Assembly: GCF_009914755.1 (NCBI RefSeq)
Contig: NC_060932.1
Source of the DNA: the human T2T-CHM13v2.0 reference genome, Homo sapiens
Length of the DNA: 64,000 nucleotides
Direction: 5' to 3' (one strand)
Under the pieces are notes generated by a model that was not told the origin of the DNA, did no database searches, and saw only the letters and a program-made list of their open reading frames with translations. Made by a program: the position numbers and the translations under genes. Of this stretch, positions 1 through 17,010 are shown in pieces. Each line of letters begins with the position of its first letter. Positions within the stretch are counted from its first letter, which is position 1.

Positions 1-29
1 AAATAATTTAAATAAAAATTTTTAAGAAG

Positions 30-384
30 AACTACCTGAGACTGGTCAATTTACAAAGAAAAGAGGTTTAACTGGCCCATGGTTCTGCAGGCTGTATAGG
101 AAACATGGCAGGGAGGCCACAGGAAACTTGCAATCATGGTGGAAGGTGAAGGGGAAGCAGGCATGTCTTACATAGCTGGCAGGAGGAATGGGGAGGGGTG
201 CTACATACTTTTTAAACAACCAGATCTTGGCAAAACTTTATCATAAGAGAGCACTAGGGCAATGGTGCTAAACCATTAGACACAGCCCCCATGATCCAAT
301 CGCCTCCCACCAGGCCACTCCTCCAACACTGGGGATTATAATTCAACATGAAATTTGGGCAAGGACACAAATCCAAACTATAAC
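30..384 (-). mobile_element. MaLR solo LTR (MSTA/MSTB-like)
   Basis: Minus strand starts TGTTATAGTTTGGATTTGTGTCC and has a typical MST body (plus strand: aagaggtttaactggc...ggttctgcaggctgta...catgatccaatc.cctcccaccagg). Confidence 0.85.
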
Positions 385-1870
385 AGAGTATCAGTTCAAG
401 GAAACAGTCCAGGGCTTGGGAGGAGAAGATTTAGGGCCCTGTCCAGCATGGTGAAGCTGGCACAGCAAACTGAGTTCATTTCACATAAATGGATTTCTAA
501 ACCAAAATGTAACTCCATCACTCACTGCTCTTTATGCTCCGAAATAAAGATGACATAAATGTTAGCCAAAAGGAGCAATGCAAGACATTGTTCAAACTGG
601 TGTTTTGAAGAGGAAGTGAGGCCCTTTCTTCATACACATTTCATCTCTACTGGTTGGTTACAGCTACTGAACCCATGTTTTTATTTTTGTAGAACATTTA
701 ATGATAACCTGAGTCTGCTAAGTACAATATAAATACAAAATTATACTGAATCTAAGGGATGAGACGATTATTATAATTTAAGAACCATGATAAAATAAAA
801 TGAACATGGCATTAAAGAACTACAACTGAAGTTATTTTAGAGATAATACCACTGGGACTAATGAAGGTTAAACTTTAATTCTGTTAGAAGGACAACTTTT
901 GAAACCCTGGAGCAAACACTTATCTATTAATACACACATTGCTGAAGGGAGTGAAATACAGTTAAAGGGGCCTTCCTTTAAGAAGATACAAGTGTTGCCT
1001 TACACTTGAAAATAAGAGCTCCCAAAAAGCTTCCTTTTGTCAGTCTCCTCTTTGGTGCAAGCACCTGGCTCCCATTTAGATAAATGAGAGGAATGTATGC
1101 TCAGCCAAAGGCTGTCTGCATCTCTGTGAATCAACATTCTGGACACTCTGCTTTTAAGTTGGCTTTTTTGAATGTTCGCTTACATATAAAATGTGGTGTG
1201 GTGTGGGAAGGGGGAAGCATTATGATATATTCAGCTGATTCCTCGGCTTCAAAGTGATTAAGTGAACTGCAACTAATTCAGGGCTCCACTTTACATTTTT
1301 GGCAAATGAGCAAATATGCAGATTCATACCAAACAGATGTATCAGCCAGTTACCCCAGTAGCAGTTCAGAAGCCAAGGGTCATTGAGTTAGTGTTCCAAT
1401 TAGTGAGGACATCGTAACAAGTATATAATTATTCTGCAACCTGTTGAGTTTTCATCTGTTATCAATTTCATTGCATTTAAGCCCAATTCAGACTGAACTT
1501 GCAGTGAACTCAGTCATTTAAAATAGAGATCTTGGATTGGCACAACTTTTGCGTCTGGCATGTGTTTTGAGGTGGTCAGGAAACTGCCTTTGAAATGGTG
1601 AAAATTTGCATTCAAATGGTCTCTCTGATTGATTAGAACGCTTTGTTGGCACTGTGATTGTGATTGTAGTAGTACTTTTCCAATATCACCATAGTAAATT
1701 GCTTCCAATGAAAAATGTGAATCCCAAATGGGAGGTGGTAGGGAGCCTGATAGATACCTTCCTTGTATTATTACTCAGTTCATTCGTTCAGCTACTCAGT
1801 CCATCCCAGAGCCCTAGGCCCTGTGCTGAGAGCACAAAAGTGCTAAGATGTGGTTTCTGTGGCTGTGGAA

Positions 1871-2173
1871 TTTTTTTATTTTGAGACAGAGTCTTATTCT
1901 GTCACCAAGGCTGGGGTGCAGTGGCATGATCATAACTCACTACAGGCTTGAACTCCTGGGCTCAAGAGATCCTCCTGCCTTAACCTCCTGAGTAACTAGG
2001 ACTACAGGTGTGCATCATCACATTTGGCTAATTTATTTATTTAGTTGTTTTGTAGAGACAGGGTCTCACCATGTTGCCCAGGCTGGTCTCAAATTCCTGG
2101 CCTCAAACAATATTCCCTCTTGCCTTGGCCTCCCAAAGCCCTGGGATTACAGGCATGAACCACTTCACCTAGC
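1871..2173 (-). mobile_element. AluJ
   Basis: Poly(T) plus both Alu arms with J-type ctcctgggctcaag; tgtggaattt occurs on both sides. Confidence 0.9.
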
Positions 2174-2289
2174 TGTTTGTGGAATTTCTAATAGGAGAAG
2201 TAGAGAAATCCAGGTAAATTATAGCATAATGTGGGGAGCATTAGAGTGGGAGAATGAACTGGATATTCTGAAAACACTGAAGATTCAGC

Positions 2290-2440
2290 AACCAATTACG
2301 CCTGGGAGGTCAAGAAGACTTCCCGGAAGAGGGGATATTTGAGTTGAGTCTTGAAGGGTGAATAAAATTTTCCTGGAAAAAAGGTAATGGCAAGAAAGAG
2401 GATCTCCAAGTTAAAGAGGCACATGCAAGGGCATGGCCTT
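2290..2440 (-). mobile_element. L2 fragment
   Basis: gaagacttcccggaagaggggatatttgagttgagtcttgaagg resembles the L2 3' region. Confidence 0.55.
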
Positions 2441-2638
2441 ATGAAAGGGTGGGATATGTTACAGAAATAATGAGAGTTTATTGGCAAATATTAGAAATTG
2501 TAAAAACATGATACTAGAGCAAAGGTTCTGAAACTTCTTGGTTTATTGCAGCCTTCAGTCCTCAGTTTTCTCATGGCACCCCTGGAGTCAAAAGAAATAC
2601 CTAAAAGTTCCATTTATTGAGTAGTTAGGTTCAAATAA

Positions 2639-3386
<748 letters not shown>

Positions 3387-3979
3387 TGACTTTCATGTAG
3401 TACTTGCTTTCCATCAGAGACACTGCCAAAACTCCAGCTTCCCAAAGATATTACTTCAACAGAATGTATCACTATCTAATGTTGAAACTGTAACCTACCC
3501 TTGTCTAACAGTACCTAGTTTTGAGTACCCTGAACTCAAAAATATAAAATATCCTGACATGCTCCTGTGATTTTCTTGTGGTAACCTTCTTGAGGGCACC
3601 TTGGCACTCAGTTTGGGAACCATCAAGCTACTGAATATGTTGTCAAATTCTAAAAGACTTTATGTATCAGGAGGCATTTCTGAAATAAACTGTGAAATGT
3701 CCATGACAATGAAGACATAATCAGCCAATAACATCACTGAACTAAATTTCTAAAGGTAATTTGAAAATATGTAGAAGACACAGGCAGATAGATATTTTCT
3801 CTTCCCATCCCTGACACATAACAAAGTAAACCGAGGTTCTTTTATTTCTTACTCCCAAAATGCACTGGCTCCTAGACTAGCCAGACAAACTTAAAGTCTA
3901 GCATAAATGAATCTTCACTAGTCTATTTGCATGGTTCCAATCAAATGAGCTCTCATGAGCATGCACTTTTAAAAATAGA

Positions 3980-4580
3980 AAACTTGCCCACAGATGTTCA
4001 TAGCAGCATTATTCCTAATAGCCAAAAAGTAGAAACAACCCAATAGTCCATCAAATGGACACACCCACCTCACTGGCGCTCCAGGAAGTGAAGGCAGTAG
4101 CCAACATGACTGATGAAAATCTCTTCTGCTATTTCAATTTCCTGACTTTGACATTGTTCTATAGCCATATACGATCTTACATGGATAAACAAATTCTAGT
4201 ATAGACATACAGTGGAATATTCTTCAGTCATGGAAATAAATCAAATACTGAAAAATGCTACAACTTGAAAGAGCCTTGAAAGCATTGTGCTAAGTGAAAG
4301 AAGCCAGGCACAAAAGATCACATAGTGTTTGATCCTATTTGTTTTCAATGCCCAGCATAAACAAATCCATAGAGATTGAAATGCTCCAGGCGCTGGAGGG
4401 ACGAAGAACTAAGAATGGACTGCTACTGGGCAAGGGCTTTCTTTTTGGAATAATAAAAATATTCTGGGATTAGACAGTGGTAATCATTGTACAACTTTGA
4501 GACTATACTAAAAGGCACTGAACTATAGTTTTTAAAAGGGTGAATTCTATGCAATGTGAATTATATCTCAAGGGAAAAAA
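3980..4580 (+). mobile_element. L1MB/ME-type 3' fragment carrying a 112-bp foreign insert
   Basis: atgttcatagcagcattattc...aaacaaccc...gtccatcaa...atggataaacaaa...ctaagtgaaagaagccagg...gtgaattatatctcaa. Confidence 0.8.
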
Positions 4581-4974
4581 TACAGATGGCATCAGTTGCC
4601 CAAACCCTCACTTTCCACTCCAGCTTCCTCAAAGTCAAGGATTCTCTGCTGTCTAGATGAGGCTGAAATAAGTGTGATATTTGTTTTCCCTCTTGGACAT
4701 GACAGCTGCTAGACACATCCTCCAGGATACAAGACCAAATTTTTTAGGGGCTCCAAATGTATCAGGGCTTGTATCCTGGAGGATGTCGTGAGGGGCCTTG
4801 AGATGATTCAAGGCACAACAGTGGCTGCTCTGACCGTGTATCGTCATCGTGCTCCCCTCCCTTCATGTCTTGTCCCCTCACAGCCTCCCCAGGACCTCCT
4901 ATGTAGTGAGGACACTCACTGGCGCTCCAGGAAGTGAAGGTAGTAGCCAACATGACTGATGAAAATCTCTTCTG

Positions 4975-5120
4975 CTATTTCAATTTCCTGACTTTGACAC
5001 TGTTCTATAGCCATGTAGGATCTTACCACTAGGGGAAAAAGGCAAAGGGTACAGGGGACCTCTCTGTACTAACTTTGCAATTTCTTGTGAATCTACAGTT
5101 ATTCCAAAATAAAAATATTA
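4975..5120 (+). mobile_element. L1ME/MC-type extreme 3' end
   Basis: aagggtacaggggacctctctgtactaactttgcaa...attccaaaataaaaa. Confidence 0.7.
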
Positions 5121-5596
5121 AAGACATGTAAGTAAGTACTCGGTTATTTGATTCGAATATGCATTGTATCTGCCACTGATTGCTGTTAAAAATGAGGTTC
5201 TAGAATATAGTCCTTGCTTGCTTTACCAAAGAGAGTTCTGGAACATTCCACCACAAAAATGAGCTCATCCTGCACATTTTTTGTTAAGGCTATCCCCAGA
5301 TATTTCCTATGCTTGAATAAATTTTGGATTCTCATGGCTCATCCAAATTACATTGAATTCTATACTTCTAGAATGTTCTGAGGACTAAGTTCTAGACACT
5401 ATTAAGTATTAAAAATATAACAATGTGGGTCTTACTAGGTGCAAACAGAAAAAAAAGTTTTATCATATACAGTGGACCCTGGAACAATGCATAGGTTAGG
5501 AGCACTGACCCCCATTTAAAGTCAAAAATTCACATATGACTGACTCCCCAAAAACTTAACTACTAGTAGACTATTGTTGACTGAAAACTTTAATGA

Positions 5597-5876
<280 letters not shown>

Positions 5877-6094
5877 TGCATACTGTATTCCTAAAATAAA
5901 CTGAGCTAGACAAAAGAAAATGTTATCAAGAAAATCAGAAGGAAGAGAAAATATGTTCATTAAGTGGAAGTGGATCATCATAAAGGTCTTCATCCTCACT
6001 GTCTTCACTTTGAGCAGGAAGGAAGAGGAAGAGGAGGGGTTGGTCTTTGTTGTCTCAGGGGTGGTAGAAGCGGAAGAGGTGAAAAGGAGGTGGA

Positions 6095-6264
6095 GCTGGT
6101 GTGGTAGCTCCTACACATAATCCCAGCTACTCAGGAGGCTGAAGTGGGAGGATTGCTTGAGACCACGAGTTTGAGTCTGCAGTGAGCTCTCATAGCACCA
6201 CCACACTCCATCCTGGGTGATAGATACCCCTACCTCTAAACAAACAAACTAAAAAAAAAAAAAA
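6095..6264 (+). mobile_element. Alu monomer (FRAM/FAM or AluJ right arm)
   Basis: aatcccagctactcaggaggctgaagtgggaggattgcttgag...tgcagtgagct plus an A tail. Confidence 0.8.
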
Positions 6265-6643
6265 TGACAAGCAAAGAAAAGGAGGTGGAAGTACAGGCAG
6301 GAGAGACAGGCACACTTAGTGGAACTTTTCCTGAAAAAAATCTGAATATAAGTGAACCCATGAAGTTCAAACGTATGTTGTTCAAAAGTCAGCTGTAATG
6401 TGAAAAGGGCTATCATAGAAATAGTTGCAAAGTATCATGAGAGCAAGGAAAGAAGCGACTGATTCTTCTTCAGCAGGTGAGAGAGCAGTCACAAAAGAAG
6501 AAATAGTTGACCTATGACTGAGGAATGAGCTTGCATTCCATGGGAGGGGAAATGGAAAAAAGAAGCCCAGGCAGAGGAGAGCAGAAAGCCAAAGGCACCA
6601 TCATCAATCAAGATTTTTTTTTATTTTCAGGATGAATTTATTG

Positions 6644-6965
6644 GGCCAGGCATGGTGGCTCACACCTATAATCCCAGCAGTTTGGGAGGCAGAGGTGAGC
6701 AGATTGCTTGAGCTCAGGAGTTCATTTGAGACCATCATAGGAAACATAGTGAGACCCTGTCTCTACAAAAAAAAAAAATTAAAAATTAGCCTGGTGTGGT
6801 AGCACATACCTGTAGTCCCACCTACTTAGGGAGCTGAGGTGGGAGGATCACTTGAGACTGGGAGGTAGAGGCTACAGTGAGCTATGATCACACCACTAGA
6901 ATGCATCCAGCCTAGGTGAAAGAGCAAGGCACTGTCTCTAAAAAATAAAATAAAAATTTTAAAAA
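6644..6965 (+). mobile_element. AluJ
   Basis: Full dimer; TSD gatgaatttatt at ~6631 and ~6966. Confidence 0.9.
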
Positions 6966-7285
6966 GATGAATTTATTTTTTAACTAGATTCTATTTCCTG
7001 TTAGAAGTAACTTCCATATAGTGCTTGCAAGAGAACTTTCCAAGATGGCTGAATAGGAACAGCTCTGGTCTACAGGTCCCAGCATGAGTGACGCAGAAGA
7101 CAGGTGATTTCTGCTTTTCCAACTGAGGTACCGGGTTCATCTCATTGAGACTGGTTGGACAGTGGGTGCAGCCCATGGAGTGTAAGCCAAAGCAGGGTGG
7201 GGCATCACCTCACCCAGGAAGCGCAGGGGGTTGGGGAATTCCCTTTCCTAGCCAAGGAAAGCCATGACAGACGGTACCTGGAAAA

Positions 7286-7465
7286 TCAGGACACTCCCGC
7301 CCTAATACTGAGCTTTTCCAACGGTCTTAGCAAATGGCACACGAGACTATATCCCGTGCCTGGCTCAGTGGGTCCCATGCCAACAGAGCCTTGATCACTG
7401 CTAGCACAGCAGTCTGAGATCGAACTGCAAGGTGGCAGCAAGGCTGGGCGAGGGGCCTCCACCAT
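7286..7465 (-). pseudogene. L1 antisense ORF0 homologue, truncated (59 aa)
   Basis: MVEAPRPALLPPCSSISDCCASSDQGSVGMGPTEPGTGYSLV... matches recalled ORF0 (MAGAPPPASLPPCSLISDCCASNQRDSVGVGPSEPG...); early stop. Confidence 0.75.
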
Positions 7466-8058
7466 TGCTGAGGCTTGACTAGAAAACAAAGCGGCCAGGA
7501 AGCTCCAACTGGGTGGAGCCCACTGCAGCTCAATGAGGCCTGCCTGCATCTGTAGACTCCACCTCTGGGGGCAGGGCATAGCTGAACAAAAGACAGCAGA
7601 AATTTCTGCAGACTTAAACGTCCCTGTCTGACAAGTTTCAAGAGAGCAGTTGTTCTCCCAGCATGGAGTTTGAAATCTGAGAACAGACAGACTGCCTCCT
7701 CAGGTGGGTCCCTGACCACCAAGTAGCTTAACTGGGAGACACCTCCCAGTAGGGGCCGACTGATACCTCATATAGTCAAGTGTCCCTCTGAGATGAAGCT
7801 TCCAGAGGAAGGATCAGGCAGCAACATTTGCTATTCTGCAATATTTGCTGTTCTGCAGCCTCCGCCAGTGATACCCAGGCAAACAGGGTCTGGAGTCCAG
7901 CAAACTCCATCAGACCTGCAGCTGAGGAACCTGACTGTTAGAAGGAAAACTAACAAACAGAATGGAATAGCATCAACATCAACAAGAAGGACATCCACAC
8001 CAAAACCCCATCTGTAGGTCACCATCATCAAAGACCAAAGGTAGATAAAACCACAAAG

Positions 8059-9085
8059 ATGGGGAGAAACCAGAGCAGAAAAGCTGAAAGTTCTAAAAAC
8101 CAGAGTGCCTCTTCTCCTCCAAAGGATTGCAGCTCCTCACCAGCAAAGGAACAAAGCTGGACAGAGAATGACTTTGATGAGTTGACAGAAGTAGGCTTCA
8201 GAAGATTGGTAATAACAAACTTCTCTGAACTAAAGGAGGATGTTCGAACCCATCACAAGGAAGCTAAAAACCTTGGAAAAAAGATTAGATGAATGCCTAA
8301 CTAGAATAAACAGTGTAGAGAAGACCTTAAATGACCTGATGGAGCTGAAAACCATGGCACAAGAACTACGTGACACATGCATAAGCTTCAGTAGCCAATT
8401 TGATCAAGTGGAAGAGAGGGTATCAGTGATTGAAGATCAAATTAATGAAATAAAGCAAGAAGACAAGGTTAGAGAAAAAAGAGTAAAAAGAAATGAACAA
8501 AGCCTCCAAGAAACCTGAGACTATGTGAAAAGACCAAATCTACATTTCACTGGTGTACCTGAAAGTACTGGGGAGAATGGAACCAAGTTGGGAAAAACAC
8601 TCTTCAGGATATTATCCAGCAGAACTTCCCTGACCTAGAAAGACAGGCCAACATTCAAATTCAGGAAATACAGAGAACATGACAAAGATACTCCTCGAGA
8701 AGAGCAACCCCAAGACACATAGTTGTCAGATGCACCAAGGTTGAAATGAAGGAAAAAATGTTAACGGCAGCCAGAGAGAAAGGTCGGGTTCCCAACAAAG
8801 AGTAGCCCATCAGACTAACAGGGGATGTTTTGGCAGAAACTCTACAAGCCAGAAGAGAGTGGGGGCCAATTTTTAACATTCTTAAAGAAAAGAATTTTCA
8901 ACCCAGAATTTCATATCCACCAAAACTAAGCTTCATAAGTGAAGGAGAAATAAAATCCTTTACAGACAGCAAATGCTGAGAGATTTTATCACCACTAGGC
9001 CTACCTTACAAGAGCTCCTGAAGGAAGCACTAAACATGGAAAGGAACAACTGGTACCAGCCACTGCAAAAACATGCCAAATTATA
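8059..9085 (+). pseudogene. L1 ORF1p, disrupted
   Basis: MGRNQSRKAESSKNQSASSPPKDCSSSPAKEQSW...; split by frameshifts and stops. Confidence 0.93.
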
Positions 9086-9149
9086 AAGACCATTGATGCT
9101 TAGAAGAAACTGCATCAACTAACAAGCAAAATAACCAGCTAACACCATA

Positions 9150-12915
<3,766 letters not shown>

Positions 12916-13339
12916 ACGACCAGTTATTGGGTGCAGCACACCAACATGGTACATGTATACATATGTAACAAACCTGCATGTTGTGCACATGTACCCTAGA
13001 ACTTAAAGTATAATTAAAAAAAAGAAGTAACTTGCATATCGCACAACAGACAAACAAACAAAAAACAGTACAGAAGGATTCAAAGAGAAAAATAAAAGTT
13101 TTTCCTTTCTTAGCTCCCCCCACAACTCCCAACCCTACATCCTAAGGATAAATGATTCAAAAATGTCCTATATATTAACAGTAAGAGGACCACCCACAAA
13201 TAATAGGATTCTTCCTTAAATATTGTTCTGAGACTTGCATTCATAGCAACATATCTTTTATATCTTTACATACATATAGAGGCAGTCAGGTCATCTTCTC
13301 TCTTTTTAAAGGTGGCAAAAATAAAGCTGTATAATAATC

Positions 13340-13632
<293 letters not shown>

Positions 13633-14024
13633 TAATAATTTATTTAAACAGCCCCTTACTAATTGATCCATCAGAGCTTTTAAGCAGGGACAAACTTGAT
13701 CAGCCTCTTTCAAAAACAAATTCTGTGAAATATCAAAAAAGAAAGAGCATATTGAACAGGTTGTTTTAACAAGTTACAATAAACCATGATGCTAACATCT
13801 TCACTCTATGTGCCTCACTTCACACCTGCAGTCACAAATTACAGTCCCACAACCCTAGAATGAGGACTTTAGGACTCTATTCCTCTTTCTTCCACATACT
13901 TGTAATATTTCAGAAAAGCTTCTCAATATTTTGGGGTCTTTACTGCACCATCTGGGGAGAAGAGATAAGATTGTTTTTATTGGCTAGGAGTCCTTCATAA
14001 AGCATTTTTATTCTTCAGTAAAGA

Positions 14025-14794
<770 letters not shown>

Positions 14795-15421
14795 TTTTAG
14801 AGTAGTCAGTTAGTTAGATGGGAGCAGGAAAAAAAAGACCCCCTGGGGGAGAAAAATCTCATGGTCCAAAGACAACCCAAAAGATGTATGCTAAATTTGA
14901 TCAGAGAGGAGCGGAAACACCTATGAAGAAAGTGTACCCTGAAACATCCCTTAAGACACCCAGTAATTGCTCCTACTGTGGTTAAACTGTCAGAATGTAG
15001 CTAGCTACATGCTGATAAAAAGGGGGAAAGGGCAAAAGGACAATTCCTAAGAGATATGCAGGCACAATAAGCACAGATTTGACTGCTATATGATTTTTCT
15101 AGGGTGGTAGTAATGAGCAATGCTACCATTAAGACTCATTGGTCATTGGAACTCATACATGTACATCAGCTGACAGTAAGGAAGCATCTCACAGACCTGG
15201 GCAGAAACTCAGTGGGAATAAAAGAAGAGATTTACCAGGAAGCAGGAAACTAGACAAAGGAAGACACTTAAGACAGAGGTGGGAATTTTTTTTAAGTCTA
15301 TGATAATAAAAACTGCAACATGTAACTCTCAAGGCTGTTTCCAGCTGGGCCAGCCCACTCCTCTTTTGGTGTGTACTTTATTGTCCATTAATAAACTCTT
15401 TGCTTGCTTCAAAAAAAAAAA
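14795..15421 (+). mobile_element. ERV1 LTR U3-R (MER61/MER83/MER84-like), cut at the poly(A) site and followed by an A tail
   Basis: Starts t(t)ttagagtag after the PPT. AATAAA at 15390-15395, A11 at 15411-15421; no recognisable U5. Confidence 0.75.
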
Positions 15422-15728
15422 GTAGATGGAAAGCAAGGCATTTTACAAGTTCATTCAATTGCTGAATTATCTCTAAGTATTGTTCCGCAAATACTGCATA
15501 GTTGTGTATTCTCAAAGCTTATTTTTAAATGATCTATCTGCTGGCAATGCAATCAGGTTCTTCTTCAATTTTGTTGTAAGCCAAGAATTGGAAACCACGT
15601 GACTTAAAAAGGAATCGCTAACCACTCAGTGGAGCCCATCACTTTCTTAAGCCCACACCATCATTTTAAATGAGCCCTCTGTTCCACGATTTTAACACTA
15701 CTGGGCAATACTCTATGGTAAAATCTGG

Positions 15729-16057
<329 letters not shown>

Positions 16058-16809
16058 TTATGAAAGGGAAATAGGAGAAACACCTTGACCACAGTGGCAT
16101 TTTCAGACAGATCAATTAATCTGCAAGTTGGTGATCTTCAAATTGATTGATAAAACTCTCCATGCTCACAAAGCAGGGAACACCTTTTGCAGAGCCACAT
16201 CCCCAATTCTCTGGGTTGTGTAGCCACTGGGTGAGGAGAGGGAGAAGTACTGAGCCACAAGGCTGGCACCTGTTGGAGAAAGTGGCCAGTGAGAAATTCC
16301 TGTGGCAAGCAGGCGGCTGAAGGACATTTAAGAACAGGGCCAATGATCAATGTTAAATAAGTTGGGATTTTCTGTCCGTAAATTACCCCTGTCTCCCCAT
16401 GCCTTGCTAACCACAAGTGAATCACAAGAATGGGTTTGTGGAAATTAGCCAAAGAAAGTGAGTTCCCCTTTCAGACAGCACATGGCAGAGAACAGAATAG
16501 CAGAAGGAGAGAGACAGGGAGAGGTTCAAGAACCCCACTAAAGCAGAAACTCTGAGCCGGAACTGACTGTGGGAACAAAAGCCTTCAGGAACCATGAAAC
16601 CCCTGAGGAAGACATTGGATTTCACCCAGCAGGTGAAGCAAAAGTTTGTATTAATTTTGTCTTGATCTCAGAAGACAAGATGATCTCAGCTAAGAGCTGA
16701 ATTACTGAGGACAAATTAGTGTCTGGAACAAGGGGCAGAAGCCAAACAAAGTACTGTAGCCACTGGGTTCTTGCCAACACCTAAACCAAGGACTTGGCTC
16801 TAAGATATG

Positions 16810-17010
16810 TGCTCAAAACTCTGCTCTCTGTTTTACCCTTGGTGACCTGGAGATGTCAGTGCCCTCTCTAGGGCTCAGAGTCTTTATCTGTAAACTAAAG
16901 ATATTGGCTACACCCAGCTCATTCATTCCTTGTGAAGATTAAGTACGATCAAGTATGCGGCATGTAGCTCACAGTCCCTGTCAGCTGCCGTAACTGTTAG
17001 TAACTACTGG
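16810..17010 (+). mobile_element. MIR
   Basis: gtgacctgg...ctctctagggctcag...tatctgtaaa...gtgaagattaagt core. Confidence 0.6.

Noticed and set aside
7790-7925. Extra 5'UTR segment relative to L1HS (ZNF93-bound region)
   Set aside because: Expected in L1PA4 and older subfamilies; useful only for dating.
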